A stretch of 40,000 bases of DNA from positions 67,967 to 107,966 of the forward strand of contig CAVZKL010000011.1 of NCBI GenBank assembly GCA_963775895.1, given 5' to 3'. The stretch is from Candidatus Bathyarchaeota archaeon. GTDB taxonomy: Archaea; Thermoproteota; Bathyarchaeia; Bathyarchaeales; Bathycorpusculaceae. The notes beneath the pieces were generated by a model. That model ran no database searches. It saw nothing but the letters and a program-made list of their open reading frames with translations, and had not been told where the DNA came from. The translations under genes were made by a program, and so were the position numbers. Shown here piece by piece: positions 1-9,230 of this stretch. How positions within the stretch are numbered: position 1 is the stretch's first letter; each line of letters starts with the position of its first letter.

Positions 1-1
1 A

Positions 2-472
2 AATTTCGCAATGGCCTGTAAGTTCTGTGAGGAAGCTCCATGCGTAAAAGCCTGTTCTCGAGGAGCTTTGAAGCAGTCCGAAAAAGGCGGCATCATCATT
101 GTTGACGATGCTAAATGTGACGCATGCTGCTGGTGCCTCCAAGCCTGCCCTTACGGCGGCATCGTATTGCATCCTGAGCAGAAGGTTGTGGCGTGTGATC
201 TATGTGATGGAAAGCCAAAATGTGTCGAGTTTTGCCCAGAAAAAGCACTGGAGCTTACAACCAACGACGCAGACTCCAGAAGAATGTTGGTTGCATCTAT
301 TGAGAAATTGCCCTCGAAGATTGAGAAATTAAACAGTCTAATCAAAAAGAGAGACTGGACGGAGATGTTCGAAGAAGCCGAGGAAAAGGCTAAGAGACTG
401 GAAGAGAAGCTCGACGCGATAAATAAGAGAGAAGCAGAAATTAAACGCGAAAACCAACCAAAGACCAAGTAG
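2..472 (+). CDS. 4Fe-4S dicluster (DmsB/CooF-like) ferredoxin-domain protein, probably 5'-truncated by the window edge, with a charged coiled-coil-like C-terminal tail
   Basis: ORF 11..472, and the frame stays open to base 2. Cys motifs CKFCEEAPCVKAC, CDACCWCLQACP and CDLCDGKPKCVEFCP. The last ~70 aa are Lys/Glu-rich. Confidence 0.75.
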   Translation, partial: NFAMACKFCEEAPCVKACSRGALKQSEKGGIIIVDDAKCDACCWCLQACPYGGIVLHPEQKVVACDLCDGKPKCVEFCPEKALELTTNDADSRRMLVASIEKLPSKIEKLNSLIKKRDWTEMFEEAEEKAKRLEEKLDAINKREAEIKRENQPKTK

Positions 473-705
473 AAGCTTTGTGAATGAAGATCGTCTGCGC
501 AACGCAACACTCATTCGCTATTTTTAAGGAGGCGCACTCGTTGCGTCTTCTTTGTGTTGTTTCTTTTCATCCTCTTCCAGAATCTCTAGGCATGTCCTTT
601 TAGCAGCTCGTGCACGCGCCTGTGCCTGTGCACGGCGATTCAGCCGCAAAAACTTCAAATTCCTTTAACCCCCTATGACTAATCATTAGCCTTTGATGAC
701 TGCAT

Positions 706-1880
706 TTATTCTATTTGTCTCTTATAAGACATATCCAGCAGTTGTGCCAAATGCAACACACGTATTCCCTTTGCGCCTTTCAGCTTAAGGGCTGACGATA
801 TCTGCGTAACGCATCGCGGGCATGCCGTAATCACCGCGTCGACATCCAGTTTTTTAATCATTTTGGCCTTCCTGCTAGCTATTTTGTAGCTCAATTTTGG
901 GTTCAGCATTTTGAGCGTGCCTCCGCAACACCTATCTGCTTCATCCATTTCAATCAGTTTCACGCCAGGGATGCTCTCAATGATCTTCCTCGGTTCGGCC
1001 GATATCTTCAGGCCACGATTGAGGTCACATGGATCATGATACGTGACCTTCAAATTCAACTCGCCCATCGTATCAGTCACTAGGCGTTGTTTCAGAAGAA
1101 ATTCACTGAAATCAAATACCTGTAACTTGTAGTCGATTCCCAACTCTTTACACAGTCGTGGATACCAGTTTCTCAAAGTGCTGGTGCATCCAGCGCACAG
1201 ACTGACCGTTTTTGGAGAATCTTCGAAGGCCTGCAAGTTTTGTTTCAGTAAATGCTTTTGGACTAGATCCACTTGCCCTAATCTGATGAACGGTAGACCA
1301 CAACACACCTGCTGTTTTGGCAGAGAGATTTCTATTTGATTTGACTTCAACACGTTAACGGCCGATTCGCACATGCCGTGAAGACGGAAGTCATAGTCCA
1401 AGAGACACCCCAGGAAAAGGCCCACTTGATCTCTGGGATTATCGACTTCAACCTTGGAGCCTACTTTGCTGAGGAATGGGCTCTTGTTGGGTTTGACGAA
1501 AGATTTACCCGTGGCTTCTATCAGCCCTTCTAGTTCTGCGACTTCTTTCACTGGCGCAATATTTCGCTCTATTGCCATGCGACGCATCGGCATCATAATC
1601 ATATTGGGTACATCTATCTCGTACGGACAGACTGCCGCGCATTTACCACACATAGTGCAGTTGAAAAGCCCCTCTTCAGAAGCCGTTCTAAGTCTGTCAC
1701 CACCGTCTCTAGGATCAAATGCGCGCCTTGCAATTTCGGTCATCAAAGCAGGACCAGCAAATGAGTTCTTTCCCTCAGTGTATGAGGGACACGTGGATGT
1801 GCAAGATAGGCAACTTATGCAACGACTTACGATCCTGAATGTTGAAAAGTCGGCTGGACGCAGCTCTTCAGGTTCCTTTT
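706..1880 (-). CDS. Fumarate reductase/succinate dehydrogenase Fe-S subunit, distal segment: cubane-cluster domain fused to a CCG (HdrD/SdhE/GlpC-like) domain (TfrB-like). Second segment of a frame-split gene.
   Basis: ORF 706..1746. The same frame is open up to 1914 with no ATG/GTG/TTG and encodes CISCLSCTSTCP followed by FAGPA...DPRD and CTMCGKCAAVCP (SdhB cluster motifs). Two CCG motifs are present (QQVCCGLP, ADRCCGG). Confidence 0.8.
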
Positions 1881-2249
1881 CTAGAACCTTTTTTCGTTCG
1901 AGAAAAGCCGAATTCTAGTAAGCTCGTTCAGAATCATCGTGCGATCCACAACCAAATCTCTCACTACGGATACGTTCGACAACGGGTTCAGGACCATCCT
2001 CTCTTGAGCTAGGGTCCTGCAAACCAGAGCTGGTTCTCCATTTACTTCTATCGCACACGACCCGCAGAACCCGTATCTGCACTCATAGTTGAATGCAAGT
2101 GTCGAATCGCAGTTTTGCCTTATGTACATCAGTGCATCGAGCACGGTCATGCCCTTTTGATAGGGGAACTTGTACGTCTCGTACCTTGGATTTGAACTTT
2201 CCTCGGGATTATACCTGTAAATCGTGACCTTCGCTTCTTTCTCGTCCAT
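1881..2249 (-). CDS. Fumarate reductase/succinate dehydrogenase Fe-S subunit, N-terminal 2Fe-2S domain. First segment of a frame-split gene.
   Basis: 122-aa ORF with CRYGFCGSCAIEVNGEPALVCRT and VVRDLVVD, typical of the SdhB/FrdB N-terminal domain. It stops about 20 aa after DLVVD, where homologs continue. Confidence 0.85.
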   Translation of the reverse strand: MDEKEAKVTIYRYNPEESSNPRYETYKFPYQKGMTVLDALMYIRQNCDSTLAFNYECRYGFCGSCAIEVNGEPALVCRTLAQERMVLNPLSNVSVVRDLVVDRTMILNELTRIRLFSNEKRF

Positions 2250-2259
2250 CTTTCACACC

Positions 2260-3954
2260 TTAGGGCTTGGCCTCACGTAAGTCGACTGAACATGTAGTCA
2301 ATTTCATCTCACCATTTTCCAGCGCTATGACAATGTGCTTGAGCCATTTGTCGTCATTTCTCTCCGGGTGATCCTTCCGGAAATGAGCCCCACGGGATTC
2401 ATCTCTCAAAAGAGCAGCCTTGATGACCATTTCTGCGACAGATACCATGTTTTGAACCTCTAAAGCGTCAATCCAATCCATGTTGTACCTCATCGTGGAC
2501 AAGGGAACTGAGACGTTTGCGAGAGAGGATTTGAGTGATTCAATGTCGCTGAGCGCTTGCTTCAGCCCCTCGCCATCCCTGATCAGACCTGCATAGGTCC
2601 ACATGATGTTTTTTAGCTTCATCTTTGCGTCGTACGGTCTGACGTTCCCTTTGGCTCCGAGTAATCCGTAAACCCTCGCATATTCCTCTTTTGCTTGTTC
2701 ACCGTCTATTGGGGCCGCCTGTTCCAATTTTGCAGCATATTCCGCAGCGTATTTTCCAGCACGGGCTCCAGAGACAAGTGTATCTGTTAGGCTGTTTTGA
2801 CTGAGCCTGTTGGCTCCATGGACTCCCCCCACTGTCTCTCCAGCTGCGAAGAGTCCAGGAACAGTTGTCTCCCACTTTTCATTCACTTTCATCCCGCCCA
2901 TAAAATAGTGGCACGTCGGCGAAACTTCCAGCATCTTCTCCTCAGGGTTAATGCCCAATTTCACGCAAAGCGTGTGAACCAGCGGTAACGTAGTCTTTAC
3001 GACGCCTGGTGGATTGAAAGTCATGTCACAGTAGACTCCTCCCCTCTCTGTTTTTCGACCATCTTGAATCTCTTTGTAAACTCCCCTACAGATTATATCT
3101 CTAGTCGATTGTTCAAGCCGACTGGCGTCGTATCTTTCCATCAACCGTTCGCCTTTGTTGTTAAGTAGATGGCAGACGTACAATGCTCCTACAATCAACC
3201 CTCTGAGCGCCTCTGGATATAGCAAACCGAGGGGGTAAAACTGGACAAATTCCATATCTACGAGCTGAGCTCCAGCCTTCAACGCCAAGGCGAACCCGTC
3301 TCCAGTGTTTCGTATCGGCTGTGAGGTGGTGGGATATAATTGGCCTGCACCGCCAGTGGCTAAAACTGTGGCTTTTGACTTGAATAGGATGAAACGCCCT
3401 GTGTTAATGTTGACCGTAGTTGCACCCACGATTGAGCCGTTGGCCATTAACAACTTGGTAACAATAGTATTCTCGAAAATCTGTACATTATTCCGTCTAA
3501 GCGCCTCTCCTTTCATTGCTTTCAGCATCTCATGCCCTGGCCGATCTTCCATGTAAGGAGACCTGTGATGACTGTGGCCGCCATCTATGCGCAGTAAGTA
3601 GTTTTTCCCATCATCCGTTCTCTCCAAAAAAGCGCCATATCGCTCTAATTCCACTATTCGTTGGTCTGCCTCGTCGACGAATATTCTGACTAGGTTCTGC
3701 TCATTAAGGTAGGCTCCACCTTTGACTGTGTCAAGAAAATGAACATCCTTGCTGTCACCAGCTTCATGCCACGAGCCAACACCAGCCATGGCTCCCATAG
3801 CCATAGGGGTAGACCCGCTGCTTCCTAGAATTCCTTTGAGAACCAAGACAGTTGAGACTCCAGAGTTACTGGCCTCGATTAAGGCTCTTAGGCCAGCTCC
3901 TCCGCCTCCAACCACAAAAACATCCGTTTCAATAAGTTCCAATACACAACCCAC
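2260..3954 (-). CDS. sdhA: Succinate dehydrogenase/fumarate reductase flavoprotein subunit (SdhA/FrdA/TfrA-like)
   Basis: 564 aa. N-terminal FAD fold DVFVVGGGGAGLRA, HYFMGG, ESRGAHFRKDHPERND. Lies 10 nt upstream of the Fe-S subunit gene. Confidence 0.9.
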   Translation of the reverse strand: MGCVLELIETDVFVVGGGGAGLRALIEASNSGVSTVLVLKGILGSSGSTPMAMGAMAGVGSWHEAGDSKDVHFLDTVKGGAYLNEQNLVRIFVDEADQRIVELERYGAFLERTDDGKNYLLRIDGGHSHHRSPYMEDRPGHEMLKAMKGEALRRNNVQIFENTIVTKLLMANGSIVGATTVNINTGRFILFKSKATVLATGGAGQLYPTTSQPIRNTGDGFALALKAGAQLVDMEFVQFYPLGLLYPEALRGLIVGALYVCHLLNNKGERLMERYDASRLEQSTRDIICRGVYKEIQDGRKTERGGVYCDMTFNPPGVVKTTLPLVHTLCVKLGINPEEKMLEVSPTCHYFMGGMKVNEKWETTVPGLFAAGETVGGVHGANRLSQNSLTDTLVSGARAGKYAAEYAAKLEQAAPIDGEQAKEEYARVYGLLGAKGNVRPYDAKMKLKNIMWTYAGLIRDGEGLKQALSDIESLKSSLANVSVPLSTMRYNMDWIDALEVQNMVSVAEMVIKAALLRDESRGAHFRKDHPERNDDKWLKHIVIALENGEMKLTTCSVDLREAKP

Positions 3955-3982
3955 TTAAGAAGTGAAAACAGCCGAAACTTTG

Positions 3983-3990
3983 TTTAAATA
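3983..3990 (-). promoter_or_regulatory. TATA-box-like element (TATTTAAA on the minus strand) upstream of the flavoprotein gene
   Basis: CTATTTAAACAA about 30 nt upstream of start 3954. The same 12-mer occurs upstream of xdhC. Confidence 0.5.
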
Positions 3991-4033
3991 GATTTCGTTT
4001 ATCAGCTCTGAAAAGTTTTGCTTCGTCATTGCA

Positions 4034-5359
4034 TCAGGATTTTTCCTTGGGCTTTATCGTTATGGCCTTTGCTGGACAAACACTTGAGCACAGTCCACAG
4101 GCTTCGCATTTCTCATCGTCAATCTTGGCGTGATTTTCAACTTTCACTGCGTCATGGAAACAGGTTCTTTCACACCATCCACATGAGTATGTTCTGAGGT
4201 GTTTCTCGCAGGCAGGTTCATCAACTATGGCGATTTTGGTCGACTTCCCTCCGACCATGACTGGAATCTCTCTTTCTATCTTGTCGGCCGAGATGAAGTT
4301 TTTGAGTGCGATACCTTTGATTTCGTTGATGCTCGTGTAACCTTTCTTCTCCATCCACTCAGTAATTTTATCAAGCCACTTCGTTATTTCCTCGTAGCCT
4401 TTGCACATGATTGCGGTGCAAGTCTGAACAGTGTCTGCGCCAGCCATCAAACAACTTATTACGTCTTCCCATTCCCACACGCCGCTTGTGGCACTTAGTG
4501 GAACTTTTATGCCCGACTCTCTTGATTTTGCGAGCCACCTTAAAGCCAACGGAAGCATAAACGGGCCACCAAAACCTGAGTAGGAGCCCCACTCAATTGG
4601 CCTTGCATTCTCAATGTCTATTAGTACACCCATTAGCCTGTTTATTTCCGTAATGCCATCTGCCCCAGCTTCTTCGCACTTCTTTGCTACTGACACCAAA
4701 TCTCCAACCTGAGCCGTTAGTTTTGGAACTATTGGTAAACTCAGGTTTTTTCGGCATAATCTCGTTATCTCTTCGGCGGCGGCAGGAACCGCTCCGACAG
4801 TTGCGCCGAGCTCTTTCTCAACTTCCATCGCGTGAGGACATGAATAGTTCAATTCAACTGCATCCGCCTTGGACCCGTTTACAATTTTGCATTGGTCTTC
4901 CCATCCTTCGATAGTACCTCCCATGATACTTGCAATAACTGCACAATCCTCTCCGACCTTTTTCTTGGTCTCATCAACGTAGTTCACGTATTTGTCATAC
5001 TCAAATACCGCGGCTTGCTCGATTGAGTACAACGTGAAGAGTTTGGGTTCTTTGACGATCAGCTTCTCACCTGATCGCAGCAACCCAGGCTTCTGGGTGG
5101 GCAAAATGGGATCCCAGTTCAATAGTTTGAACCTAGGCCGCGCATAGAGGTAAGCCGGAGATATCTTGTGGTTTATCCAATTCACCGCATGTGTTTTGTC
5201 GCGTTCTTCTGGGTACAGCGTCTTCAAAACGACGCCTGCAGCTTTAGCTTTCGCAGCTTTGACGCAGCGGTCTGGATCATGCGTAGGAGTTGCAGAAGCG
5301 GCAATGATCGGGTTTTTGAGGGTTAAGCTCCCAAATTTTACAGAAGTGTCAATCATCAT
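4034..5359 (-). CDS. Dihydroorotate/dihydropyrimidine dehydrogenase family flavoprotein (PreA-like) with a C-terminal 4Fe-4S ferredoxin domain
   Basis: ORF 4034..5392. Likely start is ATG 5359 (MMIDTSVKFGSLTLKNPIIAAS) preceded by GAGGG. ELNYSCPH active-site-like motif. C-terminal CEACGLCSSVCP plus a degenerate CGWCERTC cluster motif. Confidence 0.7.
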   Translation of the reverse strand: MMIDTSVKFGSLTLKNPIIAASATPTHDPDRCVKAAKAKAAGVVLKTLYPEERDKTHAVNWINHKISPAYLYARPRFKLLNWDPILPTQKPGLLRSGEKLIVKEPKLFTLYSIEQAAVFEYDKYVNYVDETKKKVGEDCAVIASIMGGTIEGWEDQCKIVNGSKADAVELNYSCPHAMEVEKELGATVGAVPAAAEEITRLCRKNLSLPIVPKLTAQVGDLVSVAKKCEEAGADGITEINRLMGVLIDIENARPIEWGSYSGFGGPFMLPLALRWLAKSRESGIKVPLSATSGVWEWEDVISCLMAGADTVQTCTAIMCKGYEEITKWLDKITEWMEKKGYTSINEIKGIALKNFISADKIEREIPVMVGGKSTKIAIVDEPACEKHLRTYSCGWCERTCFHDAVKVENHAKIDDEKCEACGLCSSVCPAKAITIKPKEKS

Positions 5360-5404
5360 AAGACCCTCGTGTTGATCTAGAAGACCAAACAAAGGGTGAG
5401 ATGG

Positions 5405-5412
5405 TTATTTAA
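5405..5412 (-). promoter_or_regulatory. TATA-box-like element upstream of the PreA-like gene
   Basis: TTAAATAA on the minus strand, about 50 nt upstream of ATG 5359, with a GAGGG SD-like motif in between. Confidence 0.4.
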
Positions 5413-5602
5413 CCATTGTTGTCATTTTTTTCGTTCTTGACATTGATTTTCATTTTATCTTTGCAAACGATGTCTCAAAGGTCTGTGCTCGACATTCATT
5501 CCTTATCACTATTAACTCCGTCCGCCTCGCGCGCGCTCCCACCAAGCCCGTCCGATCCGAGACAAAGACCGTTTACCGAAACTCAACCTCATACGAAGAA
5601 TT

Positions 5603-6823
5603 TCAGTCTATGGTTTCACTATTTATGCGCGAATACTGCTGCATTCCTTTCCTTGCAGAAAACTTGGAGAAGAAAACCGGAAGAACTAGCAAGAAAGCGA
5701 GTAACGCAATGCATAACCATGCATAACCGTATCCTAACCTAATTACAAAGTAGGAGAAGAGCAACGGTGATACAAAAGTGCCTGAAAGTTGGAGGCTGTT
5801 AACCCAACTTAAGGCCAAGGTTTCGTATTCAGGACCCAATCTGTTGGCTTCTCTAGCGACCGCAAAACCAAACGTGAGCCCGGCCCCCGTTCCCAAGCCA
5901 ACGAGGACGCTCGACGCGATTGCCGAGTAAAGCGTCCCAATAAACGCTATGGCGATGCCGACTGCCATAGTTGCACCCGTCACAAAAAGCAACCTTCTTG
6001 CATTTCCAAACTTGTCAAAGACTCTTCCAGAAAACGGTCCTGTCACGAAGGCCGAAGCAGCGGCCAGTGACGCGATCACACCAGCTTCTCCAACGCCGAC
6101 GTTGCACACGTTCTCAAGGTAATAAGCCATGAAATTTTGCACAACAGCACTGCCTACTTGAAAACTCAGCAAAGCAATTGATAACATTATCAAGAATCTA
6201 TTGGTCAGTATGAGCTTCAGACAGTGAAGGTCGATTTGAAAGTCTGAGCGAAGGTTGTCCTTGGGTGCAAAAAAGATGAGCAAAAGAGACGTTGCCAAAC
6301 CTAGCGAGCCACTTATGACAAGGCTGCTGCGCCACCCAAGTCCAACTGCTATTGCTGCCCAACCCGAAAGCCCAATCACACCGCCCAAATAGAAAGCTGA
6401 ATGGTAAGTTCCAACCCCCAATCCCTCCGACCCTTTCCTCAAGAGTCTGATCACCAGAATAATGGCTGGAGCAAAAACGAGGGCCATTCCAGCGCCTACA
6501 AGAAACCTTAGGACCGCTATCTCTGCAAGATTCCTCGCGAAACCGGTCAACAAAGCAGAAACAGACGCAATCGTTGTCCCGTAAATCACAGTCAGACGCG
6601 GACCCGTTTTGGCTGCGAGGATTCCTCCAGGTACTTGAAACGCTCCAATGCCGATGTAGAATGCCGCCGTTACCACCCCCAGCCCTGAGATATCTTGCTG
6701 AAATTCGGAAGCTATCAAGGAAAAAACCGCCGCTATGTTCATCCAGTTTATCGCATACACGACTCTGCCCAAAATGAGCGATGCCAGCGCAGCACGGTTG
6801 GTTGAATTCTTATCAAAGCTCAC
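5603..6823 (-). CDS. Major facilitator superfamily transporter
   Basis: 406 aa, about 12 hydrophobic segments, two-halves architecture, Gly-rich TM helices. Confidence 0.8.
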   Translation of the reverse strand: MSFDKNSTNRAALASLILGRVVYAINWMNIAAVFSLIASEFQQDISGLGVVTAAFYIGIGAFQVPGGILAAKTGPRLTVIYGTTIASVSALLTGFARNLAEIAVLRFLVGAGMALVFAPAIILVIRLLRKGSEGLGVGTYHSAFYLGGVIGLSGWAAIAVGLGWRSSLVISGSLGLATSLLLIFFAPKDNLRSDFQIDLHCLKLILTNRFLIMLSIALLSFQVGSAVVQNFMAYYLENVCNVGVGEAGVIASLAAASAFVTGPFSGRVFDKFGNARRLLFVTGATMAVGIAIAFIGTLYSAIASSVLVGLGTGAGLTFGFAVAREANRLGPEYETLALSWVNSLQLSGTFVSPLLFSYFVIRLGYGYAWLCIALLAFLLVLPVFFSKFSARKGMQQYSRINSETID

Positions 6824-7183
6824 TGGTCTCAGACTCTCAAGACTTCCTTACAAATGAACCTTACCTGTTAATGAGTCTTCACTAACTTTTTCACACTTAG
6901 CGCGTGCTAAGTCTCAGGAGAGTAACAAGGCCTTCTATGGATTTAGCCTGACTTCACCATTCTTTTTCAGTCTTGTGGGTTCACCATTTTCCTGCTCTCG
7001 GCTAAGCCTAGCACTGGCTCACGGCTTTCAGGCTTGTTTCACCTTGGAGGAGGGCTTCTATGGCCGTTGCGTTGAGCCTAGAAGTCCAGTCGTCACAATC
7101 GCGCGCACTGGAGAAGACTTAAATTATGAACACATCCAAGATGTTTAAGAGAAATTAGTAAACTAAACAAGCCGTGATGAAAT

Positions 7184-8215
7184 ATGTCAAAAGAAACTGA
7201 GGCAAAATTTGAAAGGCTTGGAGACGCGGTTGATAGTCTAATAACGCTAGACGTCAGTGCAAGAGGCGCCATAGGCACTCTTTATGAGGGAGCCAGAAGC
7301 AAATATGGAAAATCACTGACATACATCGCTGCAAAGGCATTAAAAGAAAGAGTTGGCCCAGAAAAATACGTTATACTGGGGACAGGACTTCCAGTACGCG
7401 GCTGGATTTCGCCAACCATCTCTGAAACCGATGGACCGACAGGAACTGCTACGCTTGCCAGAGCCTTATACGTAGGCTTTAAAGCCTGGCCAATGATACT
7501 CTGCGAAGAGACACAGTATCCAGGCGTCAAGGCTGCCTGTCGAGGTGCAGGCATGATGATACTAACACCTGAGGAGATGCAAAAATCTAAAGGCTCACCA
7601 TTGGGCGTGCCAGGAGCGGTTGTTCAGACGTTTCCAACGGACGAGAAGCAGGCTAAGAGCGAAGCAGCACGTATCCTCAACAAGTTTGAACCGGCAGCGG
7701 TAATCAGTATTGAAAGGATTGGCAGAAATTCTAAGGGAGTTTGGCACAACATGAAGGGCTTCGATGTATCAAGAATTGTTGCAAAATTCGACTATCTGTT
7801 TGAGGATGCCAAGAAAAGAGGAATCTTCACAATGGGAATGGGCGACGGAGGCAACGAGCTAGGCATGGGAGCCATCAAGGAAACTATTAGAAAACATATT
7901 CCTTATGGAGCAGAATGTCAATGTCCATGCAAAGGCGGCTTGGCAGCAGATTTTGAACCTGACCTTTCCTTAACTGCGACCGTCTCAAACTGGGGCGCAT
8001 GGGGAGTTGAAGCCATGCTGGCAGCTATGCTGGGTAAGCTCGAAGTGCTTCACACTGGAGAGATCGAAATGCGCAGCTTAATCGCCGCTGTTAACGAGGG
8101 ATGCGTAGACGGCATAACAGGATTCGCAGAACCATTAGAAGATGCGGTTCCAGGCGAGATCTGCGCCAATATGGTCGAAATCCTGCGGTTCATGGTTGGA
8201 AAGGCCTTGAAGTGA
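7184..8215 (+). CDS. Conserved hypothetical protein, tentatively DUF4392 / D-glutamate-cyclase-related family
   Basis: 343-aa intact ORF. ETDGPTGTATLARAL and DVSARG motifs recalled from that family; the assignment is from memory only. Confidence 0.5.
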   Translation: MSKETEAKFERLGDAVDSLITLDVSARGAIGTLYEGARSKYGKSLTYIAAKALKERVGPEKYVILGTGLPVRGWISPTISETDGPTGTATLARALYVGFKAWPMILCEETQYPGVKAACRGAGMMILTPEEMQKSKGSPLGVPGAVVQTFPTDEKQAKSEAARILNKFEPAAVISIERIGRNSKGVWHNMKGFDVSRIVAKFDYLFEDAKKRGIFTMGMGDGGNELGMGAIKETIRKHIPYGAECQCPCKGGLAADFEPDLSLTATVSNWGAWGVEAMLAAMLGKLEVLHTGEIEMRSLIAAVNEGCVDGITGFAEPLEDAVPGEICANMVEILRFMVGKALK

Positions 8216-8230
8216 CCTGGTGACAGTGCA

Positions 8231-8479
8231 TTGATTGAAAAAGAGACGCTCATCTTAAGTCAAAAAGACATAAAGCCGCTCTTATCAATGAAGGACACGA
8301 TCGAAGCAGTGGAAAGAGCATTCAAAGATTTTGCCCTGGGAAAGACTCAGATACTTCCTAGAAAATACCTCGTTTTTGAAAAGTACGCCGGAAAGACCGG
8401 GTACATGCCCGCATATATCGACACCCTCGACGCAGCAGGCATCAAGATTGTCAGCGCACATGATGAAAATCCTAAAGAA
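8231..8479 (+). CDS. Ornithine cyclodeaminase/mu-crystallin (archaeal alanine dehydrogenase-like) family protein, N-terminal segment of a frame-split gene
   Basis: TTG start. LSMKDTIEAVERAFKDFALGK...GIKIVSAHDENPK matches the family N-terminus. Homology leaves this frame after codon gaa at 8477-8479. Confidence 0.8.
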
Positions 8480-8480
8480 A

Positions 8481-9230
8481 CATGGGTTGCCCAGAGTGAC
8501 CGCTACATTGGTCTTAACCGACCCAAAAACCGGACTACCACTAGCTATAATGGATGCCACATACACGACGATGATGAGAACCGGCGCCATAGGTGCTATT
8601 GCAGCAAAACACCTGGCGAGAAAGGACTCCAAGGTCGTCGGCATCATCGGCACGGGGGTTCAGGGCAGGGGACAACTAATGGGGTTGATGGAGATTCAAG
8701 ACATCAAGCAAGCATTGGTCTACGATGTGATGCCGGAGCAAGCCAGGAAATTTGTGCAGGAGGTAGGTAAACAGTTTGGAATCGACGTATTGGAGGCGGA
8801 TACTACTCAAAGAGTGACTGAACACTCGGATATCTTGGTAACCTCGACGAATTCAAAAACACCAGTCATAAATGACGAGTGGATTAAACCTGGCTTGCAC
8901 ATAACCACGATGGGAGTAAGTGCTCCAGGCAGCCAAGAGATACCAACAGAAACTTTCAAGCGTTCTAAACTTGTCATAGATGACTTCAATCAGACATCAC
9001 AGATGGGCGGGATTAACGTTCCATTTTCAAAGGGATTACTAAAGAAAGAAGACATTTACGCCGAGATTGGCGAAATACTCTTGGGCAAAAAGCCTGGAAG
9101 AACATCTGGCGAGGAAATAACAGTCTTTGTCACTAGCGGCCTACCAATTCAAGATATAGCCGTAGCGCGACTGGTCTATGAGAAGGCCAAAGAAAGAGGA
9201 ATAGGCAAAATAGTGCAGCTGATGGAATAA
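8481..9230 (+). CDS. Ornithine cyclodeaminase/mu-crystallin family protein, C-terminal segment
   Basis: The frame of ORF 8331..9230 carries HGLPRVTATLVLTDPKTGLPLAIMDATYTTMMRTGA and the Rossmann motif GIIGTGVQGRGQ. Skipping one A at 8478-8480 joins it to the upstream segment. Confidence 0.85.
   Translation, partial: HGLPRVTATLVLTDPKTGLPLAIMDATYTTMMRTGAIGAIAAKHLARKDSKVVGIIGTGVQGRGQLMGLMEIQDIKQALVYDVMPEQARKFVQEVGKQFGIDVLEADTTQRVTEHSDILVTSTNSKTPVINDEWIKPGLHITTMGVSAPGSQEIPTETFKRSKLVIDDFNQTSQMGGINVPFSKGLLKKEDIYAEIGEILLGKKPGRTSGEEITVFVTSGLPIQDIAVARLVYEKAKERGIGKIVQLME

Noticed and set aside
1889-1894. The A6 run at the TfrB-like split as a programmed -1 ribosomal frameshift site
   Set aside because: In the zero frame the context is GAA AAA AGG, not a canonical X XXY YYZ heptamer (the A-site tRNA would re-pair AGG to AAG). 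I see no obvious downstream stem-loop. Nine similar splits elsewhere in the window favour indel error.
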